Assembly (NCBI GenBank): GCA_035693505.1
Contig: DASSGK010000391.1
Span: forward strand, 307-64,306
Direction: 5' to 3'
DNA length: 64,000 nt
Origin: Vicinamibacterales bacterium
GTDB lineage: Bacteria > Acidobacteriota > Vicinamibacteria > Vicinamibacterales > CAVVIG01
Numbering within the stretch: the first letter of the stretch is position 1; every line of letters begins with the position of its first letter. The notes under the pieces were generated by a model. It saw nothing but the letters and a program-made list of their open reading frames with translations, was not told the DNA's origin and did not search any database. The translations under genes were made by a program, and so were the position numbers. Positions 8,692-17,319 of this stretch are shown here, piece by piece.

Positions 8692-8847
8692 GTGCCTTAC
8701 AAGATCATCGCAGCCGCCGCCAGCCTGATGGTCCTCGCAGTGGCCGTGATCCGGATGATCCTGAGAAGCGGACATCACGACGACAGCGATCACGTGACCC
8801 AGACGGTATTGACCCGCATCAAAGCCGAGTATCACGATCTGCAGTGA
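8692..8847 (+). CDS. Candidate 51-aa single-pass membrane protein (below the ORF-track size cut-off)
   Basis: GTG 8692 lies 5 nt after GGGAGG (8681-8686). Product: VPYKIIAAAASLMVLAVAVIRMILRSGHHDDSDHVTQTVLTRIKAEYHDLQ, with one TM helix and a His/Asp-rich tail. G/C dominates third codon positions (40 of 51). The gene is divergent from the kinase operon. Confidence 0.45.
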   Translation: MPYKIIAAAASLMVLAVAVIRMILRSGHHDDSDHVTQTVLTRIKAEYHDLQ

Positions 8848-8871
8848 GCGCGGCGCATCGCGCGATTCGCG

Positions 8872-9345
8872 CTATCGACGGCTTTTCAGATATCGCTCGA
8901 TAGAAGGCAGAAGCGGCAGAGCCAGCGCTTCCTCGGTCGTTTTCCAACCCGCCCACACGACCTCGGCGCCGTCCACGCGAAACGACGGCATCGTCTCGAG
9001 CGAAGCCTCCCAGATGGTCGCGGCGTCCGTGCGATGTTCGAAGATTATCGTTCCTTGCCAGGCGAGACGCAGGTCGGCCGCGACGGCCAGCCCGAGTTCC
9101 TCCTGGAGCTCCCGCTTCGCGGCGGCGAGGCTCGTCTCGCCACGCTTCATGAACCCGCCCGGCAGCGAGTACATCGGGCGGTAGCTCGTGCGAACGAGGA
9201 GCAGCCGCCCGTCACACCACAGCGCGACGAGGGCGCCATGGGTCTGCGGCCGCCGGACGAACCACCAGACTCTCGCCGCGAGATACGCGGCCCGATAGAA
9301 AAGACGCACAGGGGACGAGCGCGAGGACTCCAGTGTGTGGAGCAC
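8872..9345 (-). CDS. NUDIX hydrolase
   Basis: Nudix box GGFMKRGETSLAAAKRELQEELGL. Start set at GTG 9343-9345, which abuts the TAG of the upstream gene. The 280-aa ORF-track version would overlap that gene. Confidence 0.75.
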   Translation of the reverse strand: MLHTLESSRSSPVRLFYRAAYLAARVWWFVRRPQTHGALVALWCDGRLLLVRTSYRPMYSLPGGFMKRGETSLAAAKRELQEELGLAVAADLRLAWQGTIIFEHRTDAATIWEASLETMPSFRVDGAEVVWAGWKTTEEALALPLLPSIERYLKSRR

Positions 9346-9818
9346 TACGCCATCTGCGCTGGATGCTCGAGGAGGTGCCGATCCCAGAGGCGCCGGCCGC
9401 CGCGAGGATACGCGCGCCGATCGAACGCCAGCAGGGAGCGGCGGTCGGCCGCAGGAAGGGTGGCCGCGATGTAGGAGGGCAGCGTGACGATCAGTCGCGG
9501 CACGGCTTCGAAAAACGCGCCGGCGTGATGCACGTCGGCGGCGATCCCGGGGTCGCCTTCGCGGTCGTAGACGATCGCGCGAGCCGCAGCGTTCGCGAAT
9601 TTCGCCAGATACACCAGGTGCAATCCGTTGTATTCGGAAAGTCGAGCGTCCGTCACAATGAGATCGTACGGTGTGTTCTCGATGCAGACCCGTGCGGCCT
9701 TGAAGGTGGGACAACCCTCGGCATGGGCAGTCCGCGCCGCAACCGTCACCAGCCGGTTCCGCAGCAAATGGTCTGGTCCCACGACGAGCACGCGACTGGC
9801 GGAAGCCACGGGATTCAT
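9345..9818 (-). CDS. Orphan receiver (CheY-like) domain protein with an atypical acidic pocket
   Basis: RVLVVGPDHLLRNRL...YDLIVTDARLSEYNGLHLVYL has receiver topology and a candidate phospho-Asp in VTDARL. The N-terminal DD pair is replaced (GPD). The C-terminal ~50 aa have no recognisable output domain. Confidence 0.6.
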   Translation of the reverse strand: MNPVASASRVLVVGPDHLLRNRLVTVAARTAHAEGCPTFKAARVCIENTPYDLIVTDARLSEYNGLHLVYLAKFANAAARAIVYDREGDPGIAADVHHAGAFFEAVPRLIVTLPSYIAATLPAADRRSLLAFDRRAYPRGGRRLWDRHLLEHPAQMA

Positions 9819-9963
9819 GAAGAGGGACGAGAACGATTCGAGTCAGCGTATACCGAAAGCAGGCGCGCCTCTCGAAAAATTAATCGCGATGCATAATGTC
9901 GATGGCATACACTCTCCGAATAGTCGTCTGGAGAGATGACTTTCCGGTCTGGGGGGCCGGCTA

Positions 9964-10389
9964 ATGCTCACTGATTCCGAAATCCTGCGTCGTCATCAGC
10001 GCGGTTCGACCTTCCGCGTGGTCCCCGCAACCGATTGGCGTGCAACGCTCCGCATGCGAGCCAACATCATGGTCGCGGGTCCCAAGGATGCGCTCGACGC
10101 ATTTCTCGAAGCCGCGCAACCGGAATTGCGCGAGCCGATCCGATCGGCGAACGCCGCTCTGCCGCCGGTCCTCGACGGAATTCACACCCTGATCCTCACT
10201 GACGTCGACCGGCTCGACAGCGTTGCCCAGCAGCGGCTGCGCGAGTGGTTCGATCAGAGTCGACACGTGGACGTGCAGGTCGTATCGTTCACGACGACGC
10301 CGTTGTATGAGCTGGTGAGCGCGAACGCGTTCGATACCGATCTCTATTACCGCCTGAACACCATCTTCCTCGAGATTCAAACGATCTAA
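9964..10389 (+). CDS. Stand-alone degenerate sigma-54-activator-like AAA+ core (mini-EBP), paralog 2
   Basis: Collinear with the 5371..5871 product: NIMVAGPKD / LILTDVDRLD / QQRLREW / VQVVSFT / FDTDLYYRLNTIFLEIQ. It has no Walker A Lys, GAFTGA or HTH. It is divergent from the receiver gene across an AT-richer 145-bp spacer. Confidence 0.65.
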   Translation: MLTDSEILRRHQRGSTFRVVPATDWRATLRMRANIMVAGPKDALDAFLEAAQPELREPIRSANAALPPVLDGIHTLILTDVDRLDSVAQQRLREWFDQSRHVDVQVVSFTTTPLYELVSANAFDTDLYYRLNTIFLEIQTI

Positions 10390-10441
10390 TCTTCCGGGCG
10401 GGGCGCGTCCAGCGCCTCGCGACGTTCACGCCGTTCAGTCG

Positions 10442-10813
10442 TCACGCCCGCGGAATCTTCAACACCTGTCCAGGCTTGATCTTGTCGGGATCGGAGAGCT
10501 GATCGCGATTCGCGTCGAAGATCGCATGGTAGGCGTTCGCGTCGCCGAGCAGATGCTTCGCGATTTTGCTGAGCGTGTCTCCGGATTGAACGGTGTAGGT
10601 CTCTTCGACACCCGTGGCCGTGATGTCGGCGATGATCTCCGTCTTCCAGTCGGGAATTGTCTTGAGCGCGTCCCAGATTTTGTTGGCCTGCGACTGCGTC
10701 GCGACCGTGCCCTTGATGAACAGCTTGCCGTCGCGCTCTTCGGTCGTGCCGTCGAAGTGAAAACCCTTCGCGGTTTCCATGGCGTACTTGTATTTCCCGG
10801 TGAGCAGTCCCAT
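10442..10813 (-). CDS. BON-like + LysM domain protein (Kbp/YgaU-like)
   Basis: C-terminal LysM domain YTVQSGDTLSKIAKHLLGDANAYHAIFDANRDQLSDPDKIKPGQVLKIP. ATG 10811-10813 is preceded by AGGAGG 5 nt upstream. Confidence 0.8.
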   Translation of the reverse strand: MGLLTGKYKYAMETAKGFHFDGTTEERDGKLFIKGTVATQSQANKIWDALKTIPDWKTEIIADITATGVEETYTVQSGDTLSKIAKHLLGDANAYHAIFDANRDQLSDPDKIKPGQVLKIPRA

Positions 10814-10938
10814 ATCGCCTCCTGTGGCCGCGTCCTTTTGCAACCCGGCTGCCATCAACGCCTTCTGCCATCAGAGACCAGCCCGGCCGGACACCGGCTC
10901 TTGCTCACCGGACGTACGGCGCAGCACAATGTGGCCCC

Positions 10939-11517
10939 ATGCGTTCAGCCGCCAGCCTCCTGCTCGCCGGTTTCTGTCTCTTCACGCCCACGGTGCACGC
11001 GCAGATGAAGGCACAGCTGCCGGCCGGCCCGATGACTCCGCCGTGGGACAAGGGTATCCAGCCAATCAGCCGCGACAGCTACTGGAACGCGATCGAGTGC
11101 GGCAAGCAGAAAGGCGCGCGGCCGGCGTGCGTCTTCTACGACGCCGACCTGTGTAAAAACGACGACTTCACGCTGGCGATGTATACGCCGTACAAATCGG
11201 TGGCCTACGAAGTGTGGCGCGTGATCAAGAACGGCCAACCGGCGCCGACGCCGTCGTACAGCGAGGCACAGCGAACACGCGTCACGATCGGCGTGACGCT
11301 CGCTCCAGGATCCAGGAACTCGACGACCGGTCTCGTCATCAAGCGCGGCGGCAAAACGATCGAACCGGTCGCCCGCGCACTCGAGGCCACCGGCGGGAAA
11401 TTCACGTTCGACTTCGCGCCATTCGCGCCGACGGCCGACATCACTATTGAAGTGGCCGGCAAGACGCGAACCCGCACCTGCACCGTGGAAGAATCGGTGC
11501 TGAAAATGTTCCGCTGA
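10939..11517 (+). CDS. Secreted Cys-containing hypothetical protein
   Basis: Signal peptide MRSAASLLLAGFCLFTPTVHAQ. The mature part has 4 Cys (CGKQKGARPAC, DLC, TRTC). I recognise no family. It ends 10 nt before the redoxin gene. Confidence 0.55.
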   Translation: MRSAASLLLAGFCLFTPTVHAQMKAQLPAGPMTPPWDKGIQPISRDSYWNAIECGKQKGARPACVFYDADLCKNDDFTLAMYTPYKSVAYEVWRVIKNGQPAPTPSYSEAQRTRVTIGVTLAPGSRNSTTGLVIKRGGKTIEPVARALEATGGKFTFDFAPFAPTADITIEVAGKTRTRTCTVEESVLKMFR

Positions 11518-11527
11518 GGAGGACGTA

Positions 11528-12481
11528 ATGCAATCAGTGGCGATTGCGTGGATCATCGCGGCAGCCCTGGCCGCCGGACAAAACGCCCGGCCGGTCACGC
11601 TCGTGTCGGAAGTCCGCGCGGCGATCGCCGCGCACGACCTTGCACGGGCCGAAGCGCTGATCGTGGAGCGCCGCGCGCGTGAAGGCACGACCTCGGAGGT
11701 CATCGAAGCGGTGTCGTGGCTGGGGCGCGGTGCGCTGGCGGAGGGACGGAACGACAGCGCGGATCAATACGCCGCGGAGGCGCAGCGGCTGGCACTGGCG
11801 GCGCTCGGCTCACGCAGCGTGGACACGGACGCAAAGCTGGCGACGGCGCTCGGGGCCGCGATTGAAGTCCAGGCGCAGGTCAGCGTGAATCGCGGTGAGC
11901 GCAGCGATGCGATCGTGTTCCTCGAGCGTGAGTTGAAAACGTATCGCAACACCGGCATCGCGAAGCGGATCCAGAAAGACATCAACCTGCTGACGCTCGA
12001 AGGCCACCCCGCGCCGGCGCTGGAGCTGTCGGAGTCGATGGGCGCGCCGCTCAGCGGCGCCACCTCGAAGGCGCTGGAAGGAAAAGTCGTCGTGCTCTTC
12101 TTCTGGGCGCACTGGTGCCCGGACTGCAAGATCGAGGGACCGATCCTCGCGAAGCTGTACGCCAGATACCAGTCAGAAGGCCTCGCGATCGTCGCGCCTA
12201 CGCAGCGATTCGGCTACGTCGCCGGCGGAGCGCCGGCGGGACCGGACGAGGAACTGCGCTACATGCAAACGGTGCGGGACAAGTACTATCCCTTCCTCGC
12301 GAGTGTTCCGGTTCCCGTGAGCGTCGCGAACCACCAGCGGTATGGAGTGAGCTCCACGCCGACGATCGTCATCCTCGATCGCCAGGGGATCGTACGTCTG
12401 TACCATCCGGGGTCGCTGACCGAGGAAGAGCTGGACGCGCACCTTCGTCCGCTACTGGCCGCCGTCCCATCTGGGCGCTGA
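11528..12481 (+). CDS. TlpA-like thiol:disulfide oxidoreductase with an N-terminal helical (TPR-like) domain
   Basis: GGAGGA lies 5 nt upstream of the ATG. A signal/anchor MQSVAIAWIIAAALAAG is followed by the thioredoxin-fold motif VVVLFFWAHWCPDCKIEGP and the cis-Pro region YGVSSTPTIVILD. Confidence 0.8.
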   Translation: MQSVAIAWIIAAALAAGQNARPVTLVSEVRAAIAAHDLARAEALIVERRAREGTTSEVIEAVSWLGRGALAEGRNDSADQYAAEAQRLALAALGSRSVDTDAKLATALGAAIEVQAQVSVNRGERSDAIVFLERELKTYRNTGIAKRIQKDINLLTLEGHPAPALELSESMGAPLSGATSKALEGKVVVLFFWAHWCPDCKIEGPILAKLYARYQSEGLAIVAPTQRFGYVAGGAPAGPDEELRYMQTVRDKYYPFLASVPVPVSVANHQRYGVSSTPTIVILDRQGIVRLYHPGSLTEEELDAHLRPLLAAVPSGR

Positions 12482-12485
12482 CCGG

Positions 12486-12559
12486 GTGACGTCAGACGTC
12501 ACACGCGTAGTGTTCGCCTTCAGGCGGACCGCGAAGTCCGGCTGAAGCCGGACACTACC
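12486..12559. repeat. Composite palindromic REP-like element between convergent genes
   Basis: GTGACGTC-A-GACGTCAC (12486-12502) is followed by an imperfect 52-nt palindrome (12507-12558). That palindrome is built from GTTCGCC-TTCA-GGCGGAC and GTCCGGC-TGAA-GCCGGAC. Positions 12523-12559 match 34/37 nt (inverted orientation) with 30314-30350. Confidence 0.75.
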
Positions 12560-12560
12560 G

Positions 12561-14195
12561 TTACACCGGATTCGGGAGTCCGTTGTAGCGGACGAGTACG
12601 GCCGTCACGTCGTCGCTTTGCGCCACGCCGGCGCAGAAGGCGTGGACGTCGGCGAGCAGCGCGTCGAGCATCTGCTGCGGCGTCTCGCCGCGGTGAGCGG
12701 TTGCGCAGGCGATCAACCGATCGTCGGTGAACTCCTCGTCGTGGGCGTTCATCGCTTCGGTTACGCCGTCGCTGAACAGCACGATCAGATCGCCCGGCTC
12801 GAGCTTCAGCGTTTCCTCGTCGTACGACGCCGTGTCGAAGAGGCCGAGGACGACGCCGCCGACTTCGAGGCGGCGGATGCCGGACTTCGAGACGAGCAGC
12901 GGCGCATTGTGACCGGCGTTGCAATAGGTGAGCGAACCGTCCGGCGAGAGCATCCCGTAGAAGCTCGTGAGGAATCGCGCTTCGATGGCGCGGCGGAACA
13001 ACCCGCGATTCAGCCGGGTCATCAACGGCGCGGCGTTGGTTTGATACGTCGCCTCCGCGCTGAACATCCCCAGCACCGCCGCCGCGAGCAACGCCGCCGG
13101 CGATCCCTTCCCCGCCACGTCGCCGATGATGAAGCCGAACTGGTCGGTCGGCAGATCGACGTAGTCGTAGAAATCGCCTCCGACGGCACGGCACGCGAGC
13201 GACGCGGCGGCCGTCGAGAAGAACGGACCTTCCCGGTTGGCCATCGGCAACAGCGATTGTTGAATGGCCGCCGCGACCCGCAGCTCCTGCTCGAATTTCG
13301 CCTTGTCGAGCGCCTCGCGATAGAGCCGCGCGTTCTCGATCGCGAGCGCCGCTTCCGCCGAGAGCGTATCGAGCGCTGACTGCGCGTGGGCGGAGCGCAG
13401 CGCGCCGCGCTCACGGCTGTCGAGATACAACACCCCGATGATCTCGTCCGCGCCTTTCTGATCCGCGCGCTCGACGTACCGGACCAGGCGCAGCGGCGTG
13501 CAGAGCACGTGACGGATGCCCAGCGCGACGGTCCCCGTGTGCAGCTGCGCGAGGTCGCCGTCGAGGAGATCCTCCACAATCGTCTGCTGGCCGGTCGAGA
13601 AGACCGTTTCCGGAATCTTGCGGCTCGTCTCGAACGTGCGGCCCGGCAGGGTGACTTTGCCTCGCGCGCGCGCGAGCTTGAATTCGAGAACCTGCTCGCG
13701 ATTGGCGAGCATGATGAAGCCGCGTTCGGCGCCGGTGACCTCGATGGCGGAGTCGAGCACCATCGCGAGCACCTCGTCCAGGACGCGGCCCGATCCCATC
13801 GCCCTCAGACCTTCGAGCAACGCCGACATCTGCCGCAGTTCGCTCGCCGCCGAGACCGCGCTGCGCTCGACCGACGGCGCCTCGTCGTCGACGAAGAAGA
13901 CGATTTCCGTGTCGCCGGCCTGCCCGAGCCGGATCTGGTCGCCGTGCGCCAGGACCTTTTCGCTGTGCTTCTCGCCGTTGACGAACGTGCCGAAGCGCGA
14001 TTGCTTGTCGCGGATGACGTAGCCGCCGTTCTCGCTGCTGATCTCCGCGTGGACTCGCGAGATGTCGGCGCCCGGCAGGCGAAGGTCCGTCTCGGTTCGT
14101 CGTCCGATTGTGAACAGCGGCTTGTCGATATTGACAATCCGTCGGCCGAGCGAGTCGGCGACGACGAGTCGGGGAGTCTGGGCCGAATCTGCCAT
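12561..14195 (-). CDS. FHA - GAF - PP2C (SpoIIE-type) serine phosphatase
   Basis: N-terminal FHA domain (LFTIGRRTETDLRLPGADISRVHAEI...IRDKQSRFGTFVNG), a central GAF domain, and a C-terminal PP2C domain with GGDFYDY...IIGDVAGKG...SDGVTEA motifs. Confidence 0.85.
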   Translation of the reverse strand: MADSAQTPRLVVADSLGRRIVNIDKPLFTIGRRTETDLRLPGADISRVHAEISSENGGYVIRDKQSRFGTFVNGEKHSEKVLAHGDQIRLGQAGDTEIVFFVDDEAPSVERSAVSAASELRQMSALLEGLRAMGSGRVLDEVLAMVLDSAIEVTGAERGFIMLANREQVLEFKLARARGKVTLPGRTFETSRKIPETVFSTGQQTIVEDLLDGDLAQLHTGTVALGIRHVLCTPLRLVRYVERADQKGADEIIGVLYLDSRERGALRSAHAQSALDTLSAEAALAIENARLYREALDKAKFEQELRVAAAIQQSLLPMANREGPFFSTAAASLACRAVGGDFYDYVDLPTDQFGFIIGDVAGKGSPAALLAAAVLGMFSAEATYQTNAAPLMTRLNRGLFRRAIEARFLTSFYGMLSPDGSLTYCNAGHNAPLLVSKSGIRRLEVGGVVLGLFDTASYDEETLKLEPGDLIVLFSDGVTEAMNAHDEEFTDDRLIACATAHRGETPQQMLDALLADVHAFCAGVAQSDDVTAVLVRYNGLPNPV

Positions 14196-14277
14196 GGGAA
14201 AAGGAATTATAAGCCGTAACTTGACGGCCGGCGCAGCCGGAACTTATGCTCCTTGTCGATCGTCTACAGGAGCACGC

Positions 14278-14610
14278 ATGAAACACGCAAAGAGCGACCT
14301 GCTGCAGGGCACGCTCGATCTGCTGATTCTCCGGATTCTGGCGTCGGGCGACATGCACGGGTGGGGCATTTCCCAGCGGCTCCAGCAGATTTCCCAGGAT
14401 GTCCTGCAGGTGAACCAGGGCTCGCTGTATCCGGCTCTCTATCGTCTCGAACAACAGGGCTGGATCGCCTCCTCATGGGGCGACTCCGAGAACAACCGGC
14501 GGGCGAAGTTCTACTCGCTGACCCGAACGGGACGCAAGCAGCTGGCGGAAGAAACCGCGAACTGGGAACGAATTACCGCCGCCGTCGGCCGCGTGCTCCA
14601 GCACGGATAG
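14278..14610 (+). CDS. PadR-family transcriptional regulator
   Basis: MKHAKSDLLQGTLDLLILRILASGDMHGWGISQRL...QGSLYPALYRLEQQGWI. AGGAG lies upstream of ATG 14278. The ORF-track start at 14062 is an upstream extension. Confidence 0.9.
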   Translation: MKHAKSDLLQGTLDLLILRILASGDMHGWGISQRLQQISQDVLQVNQGSLYPALYRLEQQGWIASSWGDSENNRRAKFYSLTRTGRKQLAEETANWERITAAVGRVLQHG

Positions 14611-14644
14611 CGAACGCACGGCTCAGGCGACCGCGAGGCCACAC

Positions 14645-17299
14645 ATGTCTGTCCTGACACTGTTCCGGCGTTTTCGGGGATCGTTTCGCACCGACACGTT
14701 CGAGCATGGCATGGAGGCGGAACTCCGCCATCACCTCGAGATGGAGGCCGAGGCGCTGGTCGCGCGCGGGATGACACCGGAGGCGGCGCGTGACACCGCC
14801 CGCCGCCGCTTCGGCAGCGTGGCGCTCGTCAAGGATGACTGCCGCGAGTCGTGGGGCATGCGTGCGGTCGACACGGTCACGCAGGATGTCCGCTTCGCGA
14901 TCCGCAACCTGCGCAAGTACCCGTCCTACACCTTTGTCGTCCTCCTGACGCTGGCGCTCGGCATCGGCGCCAACACCGCGATCTTCAGCGTCGTCCATGC
15001 GGTGCTGCTGCGTCCGCTGCCGTACGCCAACGGCGATCGCCTGGTCGAAGTCCGCCAGCTCGCGCCGAAAGCCGGGATCGCGAATGCGGGCGTGTCGGTG
15101 AAGGAGGTCGCGGACTACCGCGAGCAGACGGCTGCGCTCGACGCGGTGGTCGAGTATCACCAGATGTCGTTCAACATGCTCGGCCGCGGCGAGGCGTCAC
15201 GCGTGCAGACCGGCGTGGTCTCGACCAACTTCTTCGACGTCCTCGGCGTCGCGCCTCTCCTCGGCCGCGCGTTCCGCGAAGACGACGACTCCAAGAACGC
15301 GCCTGCCGTTCTGATCCTCAGCTACGCCTACTGGCAGAATGCGCTCGGCGGCGATCCGAACATCATCGGGCGGACGTTTGAACTCAACGACCGCGTGCAC
15401 ACCGTCGTCGGCGTGCTGCCGCCTGTCCCTCAGTTCCCGGCCGCGGATCCGCCGGACGATGTTTTCATGCCGCCGTCGGCCTGTCCATTTCGCTCCAACC
15501 CGCAGACCATTGCCAACCGGACGGCGCGCATGCTGACGGCCATCGGCCGGCTGAAACCAGGAATGACCGTCGAACGCGCGCAGAACGATCTCGCCGTCGT
15601 CAGCAATCGGCTGGGCGCGCAATATCCTGAGGCGTACAACCCGGCGCAAACCGGCTTCACGGCCTCAGCATTCTCGGTTCACGACGAGTTGACGCGTCAG
15701 GCGCGACCCACGCTGCTCGTCCTGCTGGCCACCACGGGATTCGTCCTGTTGCTCGTGGCGGCGAACATTGCCAATCTCTCGCTGGCGCGCGTCATCGGAC
15801 GCGAACGGGAGCTGGCGATGCGCAACGCGCTCGGCGCCAGCCGAGGCCGCATCGCTCGCCAACTCCTCACGGAGAGCACGCTGTTGGCGCTCGCGGGCGG
15901 GGCGCTCGGACTTCTCGTCGGCTGGCTGGTCCGCGATCTGCTGGTAGCGTTTACGGCTCGGTTCACACCGAGAGCGGGAGAAATCGCGATCGATGGTACG
16001 GTCCTGGCCTTCACGGTTGGTGTGTCGCTGCTGACGGGGCTGTTGTTCGGCCTGCTGCCGGCATTCACGCGGCGAACCATCGCATCGGTGAAAGACGCGG
16101 GACACCGAACCGTCGGCAGCCGGCTCCGGGCGCGCAATGCGCTGATCGTGGCCCAGGTGGCGATTTCGTTCGTGCTCCTGGTTGGCGCCGGGCTCCTGGT
16201 TCGCAGCTTCATCAAACTTCAACAGGTGGATGCCGGTTTCCGCACGGACCGCGTCATCACGGCCCTCGTCTCCCTCGACTTCGTGAAATACAACAAGCCT
16301 GAGCTGCGGCGCGCCTTCTACCGCTCGGTGATGGACAAGGTCGCTGCGGAACCTGGTCTCGAAACAGTCGCCTTCGGGATCACTGTGCCGCTGGATCAGG
16401 CAGCGCCGTTTCTCACGGGCTTTCTCATCGACGGACAGGCACCCGGCGATCGCCGCGCACAACCCCAGGTGGACTTCAAGTTCGCCTCGCCGAACTACTT
16501 CAAGACGATCGGCATGACATTGCTGAGCGGCCGCGCGTTCACCGACGCCGACGATGCCGACGCGCCGCCGGTGGCCATCGTGAACCTGTCGATGGCCCGG
16601 CATAATTTCCCCGGCGTCGATCCCGTCGGGCGCCGTGTGTCGCTCGACAACGGCCGCACGTGGATCACGATTGTCGGTGTGGTCAACGACACGCACGACT
16701 ACGGGATGGCCGAGAAGTCAACCGACGAGCTGTACCGGGCCTTTGCGCAAACAGGTCCGCTCAGCGCGTCGATGCTCGTGCGAACCGCAGCGGACCCTCT
16801 CGCCTTCGCGCGCGCCATCCCTGCGGCGGTGCACGCCGTCGACCCGCGGCAGCCCGTGAGTCAGATACGAACGCTCGAAGCGATCCGCAGCCGTTCGCTC
16901 GCGCCGCCGCGACTGACGGCGATGCTCGTCACGTTGTTTGCCGGCGTCGCGCTCATCATCACCGCCGCCGGCATCGCGGGCGTCGTCTCGTTCTCGGTCA
17001 ATCAGCGGACGACCGAAATCGGCGTGCGAATGGCGCTGGGTGCGCCGCGCTCGAGCGTGACGCAGATGATCGTCCGGCAGGGTCTGACGCCGGTCGCGGT
17101 CGGCCTCACCGCCGGAGCGGTCGGCGCGTTGATGATGACCCGCGTCGTCACGCGCCTGCTCTTCGCCGTCGAACCCACCGATCCGATCACGTATGCGGCG
17201 GTGATCGCCGTGCTCACGGCGGTCGCCGCATTCGCGTGTTTCGTGCCGGCACGGCGCGCGGCAGCGATCGATCCGATGAAGGCCCTGCGGGCCGAGTAG
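14645..17299 (+). CDS. ADOP-family duplicated FtsX/MacB-type permease
   Basis: The 884-aa product has a characteristic N-terminus (FRRFRGSFRTDTFEHGMEAELRHHLEMEAE...DVRFAIRNLRKYPSYT) and two MacB_PCD/FtsX halves. It sits immediately downstream of PadR, as is typical in Acidobacteria. Confidence 0.85.
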   Translation: MSVLTLFRRFRGSFRTDTFEHGMEAELRHHLEMEAEALVARGMTPEAARDTARRRFGSVALVKDDCRESWGMRAVDTVTQDVRFAIRNLRKYPSYTFVVLLTLALGIGANTAIFSVVHAVLLRPLPYANGDRLVEVRQLAPKAGIANAGVSVKEVADYREQTAALDAVVEYHQMSFNMLGRGEASRVQTGVVSTNFFDVLGVAPLLGRAFREDDDSKNAPAVLILSYAYWQNALGGDPNIIGRTFELNDRVHTVVGVLPPVPQFPAADPPDDVFMPPSACPFRSNPQTIANRTARMLTAIGRLKPGMTVERAQNDLAVVSNRLGAQYPEAYNPAQTGFTASAFSVHDELTRQARPTLLVLLATTGFVLLLVAANIANLSLARVIGRERELAMRNALGASRGRIARQLLTESTLLALAGGALGLLVGWLVRDLLVAFTARFTPRAGEIAIDGTVLAFTVGVSLLTGLLFGLLPAFTRRTIASVKDAGHRTVGSRLRARNALIVAQVAISFVLLVGAGLLVRSFIKLQQVDAGFRTDRVITALVSLDFVKYNKPELRRAFYRSVMDKVAAEPGLETVAFGITVPLDQAAPFLTGFLIDGQAPGDRRAQPQVDFKFASPNYFKTIGMTLLSGRAFTDADDADAPPVAIVNLSMARHNFPGVDPVGRRVSLDNGRTWITIVGVVNDTHDYGMAEKSTDELYRAFAQTGPLSASMLVRTAADPLAFARAIPAAVHAVDPRQPVSQIRTLEAIRSRSLAPPRLTAMLVTLFAGVALIITAAGIAGVVSFSVNQRTTEIGVRMALGAPRSSVTQMIVRQGLTPVAVGLTAGAVGALMMTRVVTRLLFAVEPTDPITYAAVIAVLTAVAAFACFVPARRAAAIDPMKALRAE

Positions 17300-17319
17300 C
17301 GTAAAATGGCCGCGACCCT

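Noticed and set aside
8658-8903. 81-aa ORF (+) and 104-aa ORF 8521..8835 (-) in the kinase/NUDIX intergenic region.
   Set aside because: Their composition (RSRRQPDGPRSGRDPDD...) is typical of non-coding frames. A shorter ORF in another frame (8692-8847), with a strong SD and a clean TM helix, explains the region better.
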